A program made the translations under genes and the position numbers. The notes under the pieces are model-generated. The model saw only the letters and a list, made by a program, of their open reading frames with translations. It ran no database searches and was not told the origin of the DNA. From contig CANMWZ010000003.1 of NCBI GenBank assembly GCA_947501605.1, forward strand, positions 1 through 64,000: a DNA stretch of 64,000 nucleotides. The letters run 5' to 3'. How positions within the stretch are numbered: the stretch's first letter is position 1; every line of letters starts with the position of its first letter. Shown in pieces: positions 62,857 through 64,000 of the stretch. Source of the stretch: Planctomycetota bacterium. GTDB taxonomy: Bacteria > Planctomycetota > UBA1135 > UBA2386.

Positions 62857-64000
62857 ATGCACCGCTATCTCCTCAGCAGTGCGCTCGCGGTGGCCCTGTG
62901 TGCCAATCCGCTGTCGGCGCAGTCCAACGTGCTCATGGTCGTCATCGACGACCTCGGACCAGACTACCTCGCTTGCTACCAGCAGAACGCCAACCCGCCA
63001 TCGACGCCCACGATCGACCAGCTAGCCAGCAGCGGCCTTCGCTTTGCGCAGGCCTACGCCGACCCCGTCTGCACGCCCACGCGTGTCTGTCTGGCGACCG
63101 GACGACATGCATTCCGCAGTGGTGTGGTTGTCACCTGCAACCCGGGGGATCCGGGGCTCCGCGATGAGGAGGTGACGCTTCCGGAAGCGCTCTCGACCTC
63201 GGGCTATGCGCGCGCGCTGGTCGGCAAGTGGCACATGGGAGATCGACACGGCGGCGTTACGCCAAACGTGCACGGCTGGCCCCACTTTGCCGGCACGCTC
63301 TACGGCAACATCCCCAACCACTACCTTTGGACCAAGACCAGCGATGGCGTCGCCTCGCTAGTCACGACCTACTCGACGACAGCCGAAGTGGATGAGGCGT
63401 TGAACTGGATCGGACAGCAAACGGCGCCGTGGGTGCTCGTGCTCAACTGCAACGCGCCACACACACCGCTCCAGGCGCCGCCAGCGCAGCTGCACCTTCA
63501 AGACCTAACCGGCCTCTCGCCAACGACCCAGCCCGTGCCCTTCTACAAGGCGATGATCGAGGCCTTCGACAGCGAACTCGGTCGCCTCCTCACCGGCCTC
63601 GGTAGCGCCCGCGCCAGCACCAACGTCATCGTGATCGGCGACAACGGGACTCCCGGCGCCGTCGCCATGGCGCCGCTGACCCGCGCCAAGGGGTCGTTGT
63701 ATCAAGGTGGCGTGCAGGTCCCGTTGATCGTCAACGGACCGGCCGTGGTGCAGGGCGGCCGCGTCGTCACCGTCCCGGTTCACGCGGTTGATCTATTCCC
63801 GACGGTGCTCGAGCTATGCAGCGTGTCTCCATCGAGCCTACCAGTGGCCCTCGATGGCCGCAGTCTGATGCCGCTGATCAAGAATCAGGCGCGGCCCGCT
63901 CAGCCAGTCTACGCGGAGACGATCGGCACTGGGTTTGGGAGCGGCTACCAGGTGCGGGAGGGCGACTACAAGCTCATACGGTTCACGGACGATGTTGCGA
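62857..64000 (+). CDS. Secreted Cys-type (formylglycine) sulfatase, runs off the window end
   Basis: Own translation: MHRYLLSSALAVALCANPLSAQSNVLMVVIDDLG...CTPTR...GKWH...APHTP...GDNG...KGSLYQGG; absent from the ORF track because no stop lies in the window. Confidence 0.92.
   Translation, partial: MHRYLLSSALAVALCANPLSAQSNVLMVVIDDLGPDYLACYQQNANPPSTPTIDQLASSGLRFAQAYADPVCTPTRVCLATGRHAFRSGVVVTCNPGDPGLRDEEVTLPEALSTSGYARALVGKWHMGDRHGGVTPNVHGWPHFAGTLYGNIPNHYLWTKTSDGVASLVTTYSTTAEVDEALNWIGQQTAPWVLVLNCNAPHTPLQAPPAQLHLQDLTGLSPTTQPVPFYKAMIEAFDSELGRLLTGLGSARASTNVIVIGDNGTPGAVAMAPLTRAKGSLYQGGVQVPLIVNGPAVVQGGRVVTVPVHAVDLFPTVLELCSVSPSSLPVALDGRSLMPLIKNQARPAQPVYAETIGTGFGSGYQVREGDYKLIRFTDDVA

Overview
High-GC bacterial chromosomal window of mostly core genes, probably from a Planctomycetota-like organism (inferred from a DUF3568-like lipoprotein, an ASPIC/FG-GAP protein, a sulfatase and a small 'RxFPxWSEVLxVLxxLGYRK' protein). 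It contains gcvP, recA-alaS, an rpmF-plsX-fabH-fabG-acpP-fabF operon lacking fabD, ROK/ddl/LapB-like genes, tRNA-Leu(CAA), nfu, two glycoside hydrolases, M32 and HtrA proteases, a PhoB/PhoR-like pair preceded by a degenerate kinase-like protein, thiC with a TPP riboswitch, purC-mtnA, ald-uppP, tRNA-Val(GAC) and a truncated sulfatase. The main result is a quinohemoprotein amine dehydrogenase (QHNDH; qhpF-A-D-C-B-E plus convergent qhpG) cluster at about 43.7-52.8 kb. Its gamma-subunit precursor keeps all canonical thioether and CTQ residues. It also carries an extra Cys-x5-Asp pair (a possible fourth crosslink), altered active-site positions and a longer leader. A 28-bp dif-like XerC/XerD site lies just upstream at 52928-52955, so the window probably spans the replication terminus. 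All calls come from reading motifs and from remembered family knowledge. No database searches were run.
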